Positions 1-16,734 are shown, counted from the stretch's first letter. The stretch is DNA of 64,000 bases from Octopus vulgaris (GCA_951406725.2 OX597817.1:137330001-137394000), one strand, 5' to 3'. The notes: generated from the sequence alone by a model not told the origin. A program made the numbers and translations.

Positions 1-222
1 ATATGTGTGTGTACCTGCATGTACATATGAGTGCAAAAATTCGTTCTTAAAAAATAATTAAAAATCATAAAAATAATTAAAATGTACACAATTTTCAATA
101 AAGAGATACGCTGTGACTATATACATAGAGATCTAGGTACCAAACTAATAGATATATATATATAGTGGATACGCACATATATACGTACATACATGTATAA
201 ACATACATACACATACACACAG

Positions 223-284
<62 letters not shown>

Positions 285-329
285 GTATTATGTATGTATG
301 TGTATATGTATGTATGTATTATGCATATA

Positions 330-365
<36 letters not shown>

Positions 366-695
366 GACGTAGATGTATATATGTATGTACGTATGCATGC
401 ATGCATGTACGCAAGTATGTCATGAATATGTGCGCACGCACGCGTGTACGTATGTACATAGTTTAAAGAAAAAATATTGCTCTTTGTAAATAACTACATG
501 GAAATATGCTTTGTTTTTAAATATTTCTTGTTCTGCGGGTACAAAAGACTACGATCATATTTTCGCTACTTTGAGTTCAACCACTGCGGATACGTACACA
601 CCACACATCATACATACATGTCTATCTACCTACGTACATACATATATACATACAAACATATATGTGTATATATGTATATAGATATATTGTGTATG

Positions 696-752
<57 letters not shown>

Positions 753-948
753 GTATATATAATTCTTCATGTGTATATTATATACATATGTGTGTGTGTG
801 TACATGTATGTATATACATATACATATGTGTGTATGTTTGTGTATGTGTGTGTGCATGTTTTTGAGTGTGTGTGTATCTGGGAATATATGTGTATATGTA
901 TGTATGTAGGTATGTATGTAGGTATGTCTGTATATGCATATACATATG

Positions 949-982
<34 letters not shown>

Positions 983-3838
983 TGTATGTATCTAAATAAC
1001 TGATCTAAAATATATTCAATTAAGTAGAAATTTAAGTTGGTGAAAATACCCTTAACCATCATATAAAAGTAGACCATCTTTTTTTTCTTTTCTTTTTCTC
1101 TTTTTTTTTATAGCACAAATGAGAGACAAGTTTGGCACCGAATAAAATTTAAAATAATGCAAATACACAAAAAAAAAAAAAGAAAAAGAAAAAATACGTA
1201 AAGCACTTCAATTTCATTGAAGCTCAAACTGTTGGATAAGAGAAAATAATAATAATAATAATTATAATTATAATAATAATAGTAATAATAATGATATATA
1301 AACAGTGACAAAATTATAGCAATAAAAATTTTATAAAGTCCTCTTCGATGAAAAATATGATTAATTACGTAACTTGGAATCTTTGGCATTTTATATTTCC
1401 AAGAAAATGTTTTTTTGCTTATGTCATTGTCAGAGGAATTTATAATTTTAAAAATAATTAAGCTTTAATCCTTAAAGACAACAAGAAACATTTTTAGTAA
1501 AACTGAATAATACTCATTAATATTACTACTACTATTACTACTACTGTTATTTTACTACTTTCACTAATGTTACTGGTACGGTTACTATGACAACAGACAA
1601 CATAGATATCTAATCTGAAAAATATATAAATAAATATAATTACTAATAGCAACAACAGAAGTTGCTGGGAGTCTGATCAACTTTAATGTTTAAAGTTAGC
1701 ACATCGCTTTTATAAAACTTTCTGTATCGCATAGAATTTCCTCCTACAGAATTTAACAGGGTTTATAAACAGGGTAAGTATCTTCAGAAAACTCGATTCT
1801 GTGTGCAAAGGAAGAGAAGTGTGCCGGTGAATCGCGGAAAGCTACGTTTAGTACAATCATTGTGGTTAACACCTATTTAAGGTGATGGAGGGAACGTCGT
1901 ATGTTCATTTCTAATTCCTTCTTCTTCTACTTTTACTTCGGAGTATATTTCTTTACCAACCCAATTAAGAACATAGCAAAGGTGAGTGCAGCGAGATCCT
2001 TAATATCAATCACGTGATTTCCGAAAATAAACGAAGATGCTGAGAAAACACGTGAGTTTTTTCAGGTATCCACGCTACCTACTTTACTGGGTCTCTAACG
2101 TTATCTGTATAATTTGTTACTATAGATGACGTAACATCTCTATTCGTTCTGAAAAATATTTAATAATAATCCAGTTTAGTTATTTATGTTAATGAATAAA
2201 GCTTATTGTAATTTTAATTGTTAGGTAAAAGTGCTGGTCAGACTAGAAGTGATTAGCAGAAGAATTGTACGTTAACTAATTTACATTTTATAATTTCATG
2301 CTGATTAGTGTTGGAAAGGTTTCCAAGAAATACACACAGTGAGGTTGGAGGGGGAGGAGATATGATAAGTGTCAGAGCAGGTAAAATGGAAAATGAGTTA
2401 AAACTCTGGCAAGAGAAGGGTGACTATTGTCCTACATGTTCTGTACAACTACTACATGTGTACTGTCAGGCATTGATTGTTAAACACCACATGTCGAGCC
2501 ACATTAGATTACAGTTTCCATTCACAGACAGTTACATCCGGTCTATTTGGAAAATGTTTAGGTTTATGAGATTCAGCTACGCACCATTTATGATAGCAAG
2601 CAAAACCGCCGAAAGTCAAGTCATTACAGGCCAATGGCTGGTAACGGTTTACAAATATAGAATGTGAGGGAAATAAAACAGATAAGAGTCGGAGGTGGGG
2701 AGAATGCCAGAAGTGGAATAAAGAGATCGCCAATGTAATTGTTCACCTTTATATATCACGTGATCAAGGAAGACATGCGAAGGAAGCAATGTATGGAAGC
2801 TAAATATGCAGTTTCACTGATTGATGTGACTAAAGATTTTAGAAAATGTGAATAATAACCGTGCATGAAATTTGCAACATTGCAAATAGACGTAGTTAAT
2901 CGGAAACATAAAATCGATCATAAAATATTGATTTTTTTTTTATGTAGACACAAACCCAAACTATATATAAAGTGTGGGGGGAGGGGAGGGGTCTTTCAAT
3001 CTTCTCCCAACAGTCAGGAATGGTTAAATCGGTTAAAGAATGTCTGATAGTGTCACGTAGGAAACGTATATTAAATCTAACATAATTATAAAGTATGACA
3101 TCATAGTGTCGTCGACATTGAAGAATAATTTACAATAAAATTGTGGTATGTGAATAAAAGTTTGATATTAAAGTTATATTTTAGTTTTGCTGTGGAGAAT
3201 ATCAACAAATAATTTTATTTTACAATTGTGAAATTTATAATATTAATAATAATAATAACGTTCTAGAATCTCAATAAGATATTTTATAAATATTTACGAA
3301 AATCAAAATTTCTTAATTTGAGAGATTATTTTAAGGGGGGAATGTGTGGAAGACAAAAAGAAATTGTTGGTTTATAGAACTATTTTCACAACCTTGAAAT
3401 TCAAGAAAGAGACACGAGATATACAGATCTCTTCTTGAATAAATTTTTGAAGAATTATAATTACTTTTATAGAATTGGTTTTGTCAACTTCCATCAGCGT
3501 CTTTCTAGAATGCATCTAATGTATTTACAGAAAGTTGATATTTCTAAAACTACTACTGCTTCTGCATGCATTCGATATGCAGGGATGAATATCAAGTCTT
3601 TAGGAGTAATATACAACTTCTGTTCTGTTGTCACTAATACTTATTGCTTATGTAGATATAAATATATATGTATGGGCATATGTATAAATTCAAATCTATG
3701 TATGTATGTATGTATGTATCTATATGTATATATAAATATTTATATATATCTAGATGTATGTGTGTGTGTGTGTATATATATATGTACATATATATTTATG
3801 TATATATACATATATATACATATATATACATACATATG

Positions 3839-3901
<63 letters not shown>

Positions 3902-4744
3902 TCATCGCCTTCCAGAACTGAGATATTTAGCTCTAGGTGAAACCATTTCGCTTCTTTTTCGTCGCTTAATAATACAACTGACATTTTTCTTCCTGAAGAG
4001 TTGTGCATTGGTCTTATATTGACTCAAAGCCACTCTAAATATCTTAGACTATATCTTACTACTGGTTGTTCTACGTAGAAACCAAAACTGTTCGTAAGCA
4101 CTGAAAGAATATTCTTCAACAAAATATTTCCTTGCAAAATAATCACATTATTAACCAGAAAATATTTCGAAATTCTTTGTCCCTCGAACCTTTTTCTTTG
4201 TTCTTAATATTCACTTATCGGTGTTACTATGACAAAATATCGATGTTATTGTTAAAATGTTAATTCTGGTTTCAAGTTTAGCCCTCACTCCTGTATTATG
4301 AAATAGTATTTAACGTTGATGTATTCTGTCTTAAGTAGATGAGAAAACATTATATTTAAGATATGTCACTAATGTATGGCATGCAACTTTCCACAGAGGG
4401 CTTCATATCAATTTTCCGGTTTGGGAAACGGAAATAAAATGAAAAGTCTTCTCACAGTGTCGCTACAAAATGTCAAATAATATTTAACCAGAGTTCATGT
4501 AAATGAAATTAGATCTTGCCAAAACAAGGTCAGTTTTATGTATCAGTGACCAAGTTCTGCCAGAAACAAAAGAAACAAGTGGAAATTTTCTCTTTAATTA
4601 CAAAATCAAACAGAATCACTAAATTAATGTTTATAACTGAATTATAAAATAAAATTTATTATGAAACGTTAGCATATTCAACCCTCAAATCAGGACGAAC
4701 TAAACGGGATAAACGAGAATAATAATGATGATGATGATAATAAT

Positions 4745-5060
4745 CTTTTCTAATTTTGGCGCGAGGCCAGCAGTTATGGGGTGGTGAAGAGGTCGATTAC
4801 ATCGACTCCAGTAGTCAACTGGTACTTTATTTTATAGACTCTGAGAGAATGAAAGTAAAGTTGATCTCGGCGGAAAGATGATGGCGATGATGTAAAACAC
4901 GAGAGTAAGACGAGGTATGATTGGTGACATCGTTCCGGACACGAGTCCTTACGCCATTGACATAGTGGGGGAAGAATAAGAGTATGTGTGCAACTAGATA
5001 CGGCACAGAACTTTGGGCAAACACTTTACGAATTCTGTCCGGCAATTAACCAATTCTGTC
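4745..5060 (-). mobile_element. Diverged family-B SINE interrupted by unrelated sequence
   Basis: Tail and core at 4745-4875, head remnant at ~5020-5060. Confidence 0.55.
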
Positions 5061-5962
5061 GATGTCGAAAGAGGTTGATGATAAAATGACAATGATGAGA
5101 ACGTTTGTGGATTCTTTCGTCTATTTTAATCTGAAGCTAAAATATACTAACTTATCAATTAGCACACACTCTCTCACACACACAGACACACTCACACACA
5201 TGGATTGATGTATGAATGTATGCATACATATACCTAAATATGTGTATGCGTTAATGTATGTGTTGCTTACAACTAGGAGAGAGTTATGGATCAACAAACA
5301 AATCAGCTTTACCCTGTTTTTGTTTTTGTTAATAGACACTTTATAATCACTGGAGCGTGTAACAATCTTTTATTAGGAATCTTTGGGGGCGAAATGTTGG
5401 CAGGGGTTTGGGAAAATGAACAAAGAAACGAAACCCAAAGAAGCACTGAAAACATTCCATCGATGTAGTAAAATCAGTGATTGATAACTACACAAATGAG
5501 TGAGATAAAAAGACTAATATTGAGTAGGATTGGGAACGAAACGGTGACGAAAGCATTGTGGTATCAATGAAAGATTGTCACTCGAGTTGAAGTGTCAGTA
5601 AAATATAAAATGCAGAGGAATTTGACAATAAAGCATTGAGTAACTTATTAGGCAAAACATGCAGAACATTGCCCAGGTCTGAGAGTAATGTCTAAACCTA
5701 TAATATGGTAAATGGAAGCTCAAGAGGATAAGGTAACAACAAGTTAAAGACGAAGGTAAATATTATCGTATTTCGATACTTCTGTCGCAGAACACTGGGT
5801 TGACCATTTCTTACTACACTTCTATTTCCTCTACATTTTGGTAGCACCATATTCCATCTTTCTTTGCTTCTATTCTGTCCATCATTCTTTTCACACCCGA
5901 TTGAAAAAATATTCAATTCTCTCGTTCATCATGTAATATACGTGTATATATATATATATATT

Positions 5963-6039
<77 letters not shown>

Positions 6040-7739
6040 TATATATATGTATGTATATATGTATGTATATATGTATGCATGTATGTATGTGTATATATAT
6101 ATATATATTGACACATACATATATATATTCATACACATACAATATATACATATATATGAATACACATGTATATATACGAATATATATATAAATATACAAG
6201 CACATACATATGCTTCTACGTGCATATATATATTATACATACATGTATGTATGTATCTATGCAGAAACTAAGCTTTAATTTGTGTTTTACAACTGATATT
6301 TGTCTTTCAAAAATTTCAGCGAAAAATTGAAATACATATATATGCATGTAGCTCTATCATTTCTGCACATAAACAAATGCCTAAATACATACATGTACAT
6401 AAGCATTTAAATATACTTTTTGTCATACTAGGGTATATATGCCTAACGTGCATATCAACGATCATACATGTTTATATGTATATATCTATATATCTATCTA
6501 TCTATATATGTATATATATACATATATATACACATATATATATATATAAATATATACATACACGTATATGTATATAGATAACTTATACACACATGTATTG
6601 TATATATGTGTACATCTATGTATACAAATACAATAGTATATATGTACATACATATACACAAACATGTATCTTTATACTGTCAACATATATATATATATAC
6701 ACACACATATATATATATATATATACATGCAAATTCATGTGTGTATTTATATATACATGCATATATATATACATATATATAAGCATATATGTACATATAT
6801 ATACGTATATATGCATATATATATGTATATATGCATATATATATATACATATATGTCTATATATATGTATATATATATATATATATACATGTATATATGC
6901 ATATGTATATATATATATATATGCATATGTATATGTATATGTATATATATATGCATATGTATATGCATATATATATGCATATGTATATGTATATATATAT
7001 GCATATGCATATGTATATATATATGCATATGTATATATATATATGCATATGTATATGTATCTATATACATATATATATATATATATGAAAGTGTGTGTAT
7101 GTGTGTGTGTGAGAGATCCCGTACACATATACACATTCACAAAATAGACTAAGAAATGGAAGTGGAGCCGTACGGAATCTTCTACTTCCATTCCTTAGAA
7201 CTGACTCTTAATTCTCTTCATGCTGTCGAAAGATGAAGTTGTCAAATTGCTGTAATGCCATCCTGTAAAGTATTTCTGTAGAATATCAAATATTTCAATT
7301 CAGGTGATAAATGATCCACATGTTTCTAGACTAAACATTAACATTACCGAATCTTAACTGTTGGAACATAAAAACAGCGTTTCCAAAACTATAAGAGGAC
7401 TTGAAAAATATTTTCCTTTCGTCCGGTTCCGTATCTGAATGCTTTATTTCATCATGCAGCATGCTGTGAGTATTTCGTTCTGAAAGGTGAGTTATTTCAA
7501 ATTTCACGATTGGATAATACAGGTACCAGACGTGCATGTATAACGTACCCGTACTCGATCCGGCCATAACCAAGAACGATTGTCGAATGGTGCAGTGAAC
7601 TCTTTACAAGCCCGTCCTATTTGTGCACCATGAAGCATGAAACTTGAAGTAGCTCATGTATAACTTAGTATTTTTGAAACGATATTTATTCCTAGATGAG
7701 TCGAGTGCATTTTTACTGATTCTATCTACAAACTAACAC

Positions 7740-7808
<69 letters not shown>

Positions 7809-7811
<3 letters not shown>

Positions 7812-7940
7812 CAAGCATATAGAGACAAATGTGAATTTTTATTTAGAGCTATATTAAAATTTATATAAAATTTATATATTATATAAATTTATATAAATTT
7901 ATATATTAAATAAAAATTCACATTTGTCTCTATATGCTTG

Positions 7941-8004
<64 letters not shown>

Positions 8005-8058
8005 AGCATATAGAGACAAATGTGAATTTTTATTTACAGCTATATTAAAATTTATATA
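7809..8058. repeat. Direct-inverted-direct triplication between (TA)n tracts
   Basis: gcccaagcatatagagacaaatgtgaatttttattta at 7809, its reverse complement at ~7907-7943, and a direct copy at 8000. Confidence 0.9.
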
Positions 8059-8582
8059 AGGAATGTATTTGGTTCTAAATCGCGAAATATTTTCTAAGTC
8101 TATGAACTCACAAGGTTTTATCGGAGACCTCTATGAATTAATTTTCCTTGCTTTTTTGTGAGTTTTACTCATGAAAATATTCAGCGAAATAAAACTTTCG
8201 AAACTTTTCTAAAATGATTTCAAAATGCCTTTGCTGTTTAATTTAACTCGAGAGGCGTTTCTGTATCTCTCTAACAGACACGATAAACATGAAGTCAGAA
8301 TAACAAATCCAGTAAGAAAAATGATTGAAATCCATATTGTATTAATTGTGAAAAGGATGAGTGTAAAGCTGACAAGGAGTATATTTGAATAAAGTAAGAG
8401 AAGAACACAAAATTACAGGTTGAACTAAGATGAGATTTCTGAAAACACATCTTGTTCAATATTTAATATATTTTTATTATGTTCATTATTAAATCATTAG
8501 TATCGTTAGTTCAACATTATTTTCGTTGTCCTCAACATTGTTATCATCACGGGATTGCTGTTATTATTATTATTATTATTGT

Positions 8583-8615
<33 letters not shown>

Positions 8616-9683
8616 TATCATCATCATCATCATCATTATACTTTCCAGTTTATAATAAAATATCTGAAAGTTATTTCATTGTTCGTTCTATAAAGATTTA
8701 CATGTCTTTTGGAGTAGAACAATAATCCGCTCGAATATTTAAAAAATGAAGCAATCATCATCATCGTCACCATCATCATCGTCATCATAATCATTGTCTT
8801 CGTTATTACTATTATAATCTAATTAATAAATTTGGTTTTTTTTTCAGTTGTTGTTATTTCTGTTGTAGTTGTTATCATGACCAATATTTGTAATCAATAT
8901 TTTCGTAATGTTAAATGCCACTAAATAAATATTCTGTAATGGGAGGTGATCAAAAGAACTCATTAATGAGAGTTAGAGACAGATAGGAAGGGAGAGAGAG
9001 AGAGTGAGAAAGAGAATGGAAGAGAGAGTAAGAGAGAAAAGTACTGGAGATCAAATTAAGATTAAGAAAGGAATTCGAAGAGTTGGTGTATAAATGCTGA
9101 CGAGTAATTGATGTGAGTTTGTGGCTGATATACGCAGCTAAGTGCATATTTGCGGTTTCAGAGAATTCTGTGTAAGATTTTTTAACTTGATTAAATTGTA
9201 ATCAAGGAAAAGAAAAGTGATTTTAATGTCATTTGAAAGGAAAATAAATCAATAAATAGAAGAAAAAAAAAAGAAAATTGTCTTTTATTGAAATTTGATT
9301 TCAGTTTTAATTTGATTTCAAATCGATTTCTTCAAGTGATTTCGATCCATGGAAACGCCTCCATTTTTAAAAATTTAAAACAGAATGGAAGAAAATAAAT
9401 AAATAAGAAAAACTAAAAACCGATAGATCGAACTCTAAATCCCTTGTATTCTGATTACAATATGTATGTATAATAAATAATAATTATAATAATAAGTATT
9501 ACAGTAAGCGATCTATGTGTATATTTTATAGTTAAGCCCTTATTATCAAAACAAAATGGTGATATATATGTTACAATGAGTGATGAGTCTATACAACATA
9601 CAGTTGGGTCCTCATAAACAATATGATGTATATTATACAGGGAATGATATGTAAGTATATCCTATGATTATCCCCTTACTACA

Positions 9684-9753
<70 letters not shown>

Positions 9754-9756
9754 GTG

Positions 9757-9987
9757 TTTCTTTATTACCCACAAGGGGCTAAACATAGAAGGGACAAACA
9801 AGGACAGACAAATGGATTAAGTCGATTACATCGACCCCAGTGCGTAACTGGTACTTAATTTATCAACCCCGAAAGGATGAAAGGCAATGTCGACCTCGGC
9901 GGAATTTGAACTCAGAACGTAACGGCAGACGAAATACGGCTACGAATTTCGCCCGGCGTGCTAACGGTTCTGCCAGCTCGCCGCCTT
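9757..9987 (-). mobile_element. SINE family B monomer (tRNA head, Meta-domain-like core, tail type B)
   Basis: Minus strand reads AAGGCGGCGAGCTGGCAGAA...GAGTTCAAATTCC...GCCTTTCATCCTTTCGGGGT.GATAAATTAAGTACCAG; more than 12 copies in the window. Confidence 0.85.
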
Positions 9988-11036
9988 AATATATATATAC
10001 ATATGTGTGTATGAGTGTGTGTGTGTGTGTGAGTGTGTGTGAATGATGTTATCTTGAGAAAGCTCGTAACATACCACTGACCAAACATCATTAATTCATG
10101 TTTTAATTAGATATGTTTATGACAAGATATATCTTACGTTAAATCTTTAGTAATCGTCTTACACCAATACATGTATGTGATACGTGATACGAGTTGGAAT
10201 GAATATGTATGTGTGTGTGCCTCTATATTACGCGAAAGTATTTATACCCCTGTAAATATAATTAAGTCTTAACTGCTATAATAATCAAAGAACATCATGT
10301 GCTGAGTAAGTCACATGATGTCAAGATATTTTGGTGCCATAGAACATCATGTGTTCACTTTTGTAAAGCGTCAAATATACACTTTGTATGGTTGTACGTA
10401 TAAAGTCACTTACATAAACATATGCACACATTAGCTCAATAACTATTTATCTATATATATGTATGTATATCATACATTGATGCAAAAACACAATGGAAGA
10501 CAACAAATGTGTTCGTGTGTATAAATAAATATCTGTTATGCCCCTCCTCTTTATTTTTTGCTTTTACTAGTACGGTTACTTTCATAAATGGCCATCTCAA
10601 TGTGGTAAGACATACTTAAAGATTATGGAAGCAGCAGGTTCTGAAGTTGAACGACCCTATGGAAGCTGATACGAAGAATATTCTGAAAAAAGTAATTCGT
10701 TGGACAAGAGATTCTTTTCGCATGTTATGGATAATTCTTCGACTTACACCCGGCAATATCAATACCGATAACTGTGGTTCTGAATAATCGATATTGCGAT
10801 ATATTATAGTTTATTGGGATTCTATAACTTGCAAAGAGACGATGGAGCTTACGACAGCTCCATAAAATTACGGTTTGTCAGCCACGCAGCTGTGGAACTG
10901 GTCAGAGTTATCAGGAAGAATGGAGAATTTTAAAACGTATGGAGTATATGGTCCCAGCCGAAATATATATGTGTATGTGTATGTGTATATGAATGTATAT
11001 ATATACATGCGCACATGCGCACACTTGCATATATAT

Positions 11037-11082
<46 letters not shown>

Positions 11083-11230
11083 AGAACAATACATGCAATT
11101 GATTCTAGACGGGTTACTTTAAGTTTCATGTTTTCACAGGTTTCCAAATTTCTGACCAAGAAAATAAGTACAGATCTGCTTAAAACATTGATAAAAGAAA
11201 AAAAAATCTAGAATTCATTGTATCTGTATG

Positions 11231-11266
<36 letters not shown>

Positions 11267-11585
11267 ACTGCGTGTGTGTGTGTGTGTGTGTGACTGCGTG
11301 TGTGTGTTTGTGTGAGTGTGTTCTTTATGTACACATTGTTTTTCCTACAGTAAGTGATGCTAGTAGAAACAATACGTTCCCTTCCTACGCAAAATCCGTT
11401 ACTTAAATGAAGACCAGCTCTTAAACAAACATAAACATAAGCATCCAATATGGCGCCACATCATATAATGTCCAGCGCGTTTCCTATGACGTTTAAATTG
11501 AATTCAAGTAGGAATATTACTAGAACTGTGGTGAATATCTAAACCTGAAAAAGAAAGTGCATCTTAGCATTATTGTAGTAGTAGC

Positions 11586-11655
<70 letters not shown>

Positions 11656-11817
11656 AAATTTTGTCAAAATATTCTCATGTTTCAAAACAGTTTCATGTTT
11701 GTATGTGCTTGTATATGTACAATGTGTACGTATGCATATCAATGTATATATACATATCTATGTGCATAAATAAATGAGAGTGTGTATATATATATAAATG
11801 TATATACATACATATAC

Positions 11818-11868
<51 letters not shown>

Positions 11869-12202
11869 TGTGTACATACATATATATACACATATTTGTG
11901 TGTGTATATGTATGTATATATGGATGTTGACAGATCAAACCTTCGCCAATGGGGACTAATTGAGACTGAAAGTATAAACAAGTCACCGCTGGCGAAACTT
12001 CGATGTAGCTGTCAATCATTTTTCCTATTAATTTGTGACTCGTTATGTGTACCGAATCCCTTTTTTTCTTTCAATGTATTGATTTTATGCATTATGAGTA
12101 ATAGATATTGCATGCAAACATACATACCATCATCCTCGTTTAACGTCCACATTTCCACACTAGCATGGATCATATGCAATTCCCTTGAAGCAGATTATAT
12201 AT

Positions 12203-12234
<32 letters not shown>

Positions 12235-12236
12235 GC

Positions 12237-12360
<124 letters not shown>

Positions 12361-12829
12361 GTATATATGTGTGCCTTTATACATGTATATATATGCAAAT
12401 ATATATTTATATTCTATTCATATATATCTATACACATGTGTGTATACATATTTATAAATATGTATATAAATATATATATAAGTATATACATATATATATA
12501 TAAGTATATATAAATAAATATATATACATATATTTATATATAAATATATATACACGTGCATACATACACGCGCATATATATATATACGTATAGGGAGCTG
12601 GTTTTGTATATATATATATATATAATATACATATATACACACTCACTAATATACAATGTATGTATGAAATTATAGTTATTATGCGTATTGTATTTATAGG
12701 AATACATTTATAAAAGAGAAGAAAGCTAGGAAAAAATGTTGGGTGAAGCTAATTTATAATATATGAGTAAATATATGTGGCTGTGTATGCGCATTTACAT
12801 ATATGTGCTTATGTGTATACATATACAGT

Positions 12830-12860
<31 letters not shown>

Positions 12861-13810
12861 TATTATATTATATTATATATATATGAATATATGAATATGT
12901 ACATACATATCTTAATATATGTATGTATGATGTGCATTTATTTACAACTTGGTTTTTATTCATTTCTATTCTGTCTGACCATTTAATCCAATAATCTTAG
13001 CAAATTGTCCTTTAATTGTGTTAACAAAATTAATTACTTAACTGAGTGGGGAAGAGGTGAAAAGAATATGTTCACAAGGAGGTGTGTGTGTGTCGGAAAT
13101 AAAGGTGATAATTAGGAGAGGAAAGTTAATTTGAAATTTAATATATATTTGGTAAAGGTAAAAATAGCATGAAGATGAATTAGAAATATGTTGGAAGAAT
13201 GAAAAATGGTAAATTTAAAAAGAATATGGCAATATGGAAATAAAATTATGTGTAGAAGGAAAACATATACATCAATAAATATTCAATAAATAGTTAAATG
13301 CTAAAACAAAACAGAATAGAGAAAATGACTGAAGAATCTACACACACATACACACAAGCAAAATACGAATGGTGGGGCGGGAGAATACTTTGAAAATGCT
13401 GAAAGAAAGTTCACCAATTCTTCATGTTGATGAGCGGTGATTGTTAGCTGAAAAGAAAAAAGAAAAAAAAAATGTTGTTTTAATTTCTTACAATAGGCCC
13501 TTGACTTTTGATGTTTAACGGTAGAGGGGTCGTTTGTTTAGTAAGTCAATGACAACGTCAACACTGGACGAAGGATTTTGGATTTAACAGAGATTGGACT
13601 TTGTGAGAGAGTTTCTGTTAGGCTCGGCAGGCGTCACAGGAAAACACAAAATTGTGGTTTTAAATATAAAAATAATATAACATTCGTTTTATATAGAAAC
13701 TGAAGAGGGGCGAGGTGAGATCTAGAAGAATGGAGAGTAAAAAGAGGAGTGAAATATTAATTTTTTTTTTATAGTTTGGATATTTACCAGGACTAGCTAC
13801 TCTGCATGCT

Positions 13811-13842
<32 letters not shown>

Positions 13843-13905
13843 TGTATGTATGTATGTATGTATGTATGTATGTATGTACATATTCATGCATGCATGTATA
13901 TATAT

Positions 13906-13998
<93 letters not shown>

Positions 13999-15232
13999 TA
14001 CACACACACCTCTGTGTATGTAGCTGTAAAAATATCTATTTGGTAAGGAGGAATTAATCTGGTTGGTAAAATGTTACAAATAAAATTATGAATGTATAGT
14101 CTGAGGACAGCAAATTGAAGAAAAAACTTAAAGCGAAAGAAATGGGAAATCTAAGTGTAAAAGGTGGGGGGATAAGTTTGGTCCAAAAAGCCTGGAGAAA
14201 GTGAAAGAAACTAATTTTAGATGCAAATAATAATAGTAGTAGTAGCAGCAACAACAGCACCAATCATTTTTTGTTTTATCAATATTTAAATAAATAAATA
14301 TCTATCACTATAAATCGGAAATTCTAATGTTTTTATGTTATTTCTCTGTAGATTAGAAACTCATGGCTGTACTTTCTACATTTGCTTATTTCTACTTCCA
14401 AATATAACTTTTAGTTAGTTGCTGATCTATAATTTTTTCTATATATTTTATCAATCTAGTCATCAACAATCAATTATTAACTTGATTATCAGATTTTGTT
14501 CTTATCCTAAATTTCATTTGAACTTCTTGTAGTTTGTCTTAACATCTTTCCGAATCACTAACGTCTCTTCCCTAATCTCTTTACATATTTCTTTAATGTC
14601 CTTGGTACACCTGCTGCAGTTTTTTTATATCTGCTCTATAGTTTCTAGTTCATGGCGGACATTATTTTCGTGGCAATAAGCTTCTGAATTAAACATTTCT
14701 ACATTTCTATTGTTTCTACAGCTACCTGTCGGATTCTAGACTTTATTTAATTATTTATTTCTACTGTGACCTTCTGTGACCTTTTGTGACCTGCCCCTTG
14801 CTCTTCGCCCTGCTACCGTTAATACAGTCAGAGAGGTGTGATGATAAACTCTCCAAATACATCATCTTCTATTCTACAGATTATAATTTTTTTTCTTTCT
14901 CTATTCAACCTGAAGTCAAAATAGTTGCGATGTCCTCATTCGAACCCTCTCCCATCTTCTTTCTGTACGACTGATGTTGTTCTTCTTCTTCTTACTGTTG
15001 TTGTTTTTATTGTTCATGAATTTTCTAAGTGGGTCATGGAAGAGAAACTTTTTTTTTCTGTTTGTCTTTTCTTTCTTTCTTTCTTTCTTTCTTTCTTTTT
15101 TTCTCTGTCTTTCTTTCAGTTTTCGTTTGTATTTTGGGTGGGGCTCACACATTCTGGAAAATGAAAGAATAAAACATGAACATTAAAATTGGAAAATAGG
15201 AAAATATGAATGCAATTGTTAGTATTAACATA

Positions 15233-15279
<47 letters not shown>

Positions 15280-15549
15280 GTGTTCAATTTGTTGAATATG
15301 AATAACATTCGTCTGTAAATGAGGCATTTGCTAGACATAGAATGAATGTGAAAATAAGTTTAGCGTGCTTGCTTTCTGACTCTGTGTTTGTGTGTGTGTG
15401 TATGCGCCCTATTCCAAAATTTATCCTCATCTCTAAAGTTGATTACTCCACAGTCTTAACTTCTGTATGGGACACACACACACATAAGCACACTCATATA
15501 CATATATACACACACATATACATACATACATACATAAACACACACACAT

Positions 15550-15582
<33 letters not shown>

Positions 15583-15695
15583 AGGGTGACAAATTGAATA
15601 TTAATTTAATTAATATCAATTTAAAACCAGTGGTCTAGCGTATTAAAATCTGAAGATTCAGAAAAATTATATTAATTGTATGTATGTAATATATA

Positions 15696-15792
<97 letters not shown>

Positions 15793-16024
15793 ATGTTTGT
15801 GCGCGCGCGCCCTATTCCAAGATTTATCCACAGATTTTTAACTTCTATGAAAGAGTCTCACTGTGGCACTGTTTCACTTTTACAACAATGGATGGCAAAG
15901 CACCATAACATCACACTCTGCTTCAATACTTATGCACCAAACCTCTTTCAGACCGGCAATCAACCAGTAAAAAAAATATTTTCTGATTTAAAGTAGTTTC
16001 ATTGTTATACATCACACCTTTTTC

Positions 16025-16059
<35 letters not shown>

Positions 16060-16324
16060 TCTTTCTCTTTCTCCCTCTCCAGTGCTTATTTTAAGTCTGG
16101 AACATATTTTATCAGTTTCTTACTTGCCGAACCGCTAGGTTATAGGGGACGTAAAGAAACCAACACTGGTTGTCAAGCAGTAGTAGTGGTGGGGTGCGGG
16201 TGGCAAACACACTCGCATAAGCACACACGCATATACATATACAGACATGTATACATACATACATACATGCATACATACATACATACATACACACATGCAT
16301 ACATACATACATATATATATATAT

Positions 16325-16539
16325 TCTTTTTTCTTTTTCTTTGTTTCAATCATTTGACTGTGGCTATGCTGCAGTGCCGCCTTTAGTCGAACAAACCGAC
16401 CTCAGGACTTATTCTTTGTAAGCCTAGTACTTACACTATCGGTCCCTTTTTGTTGAATCGCTAAGTTGCAAGGATGTAAACACACCAACATCGGTTGTGA
16501 AGCGACGGTTAGGGGACAAACACAGACACAAATACATAC

Positions 16540-16589
<50 letters not shown>

Positions 16590-16734
16590 GACGGGATTCT
16601 TTCAGTTTCCGTCTACCAAATCCACTCCCAAGGCTTTTGTTGGCCCGAGGCTATAGTAGAAGACACTTGCCCATGATGCCACGCAGTAGGACTTAATCCA
16701 GAACCACACTACTTACCACACAGCTACACCCGCG

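Noticed and set aside
2308-2667. 119-aa plus-strand ORF
   Set aside because: GTG start, no recognisable domain or convincing splice context.
7150-7660. Complex non-repetitive sequence with short minus-strand ORFs and a possible acceptor near 7263
   Set aside because: No consistent exon chain or recognisable protein motif.
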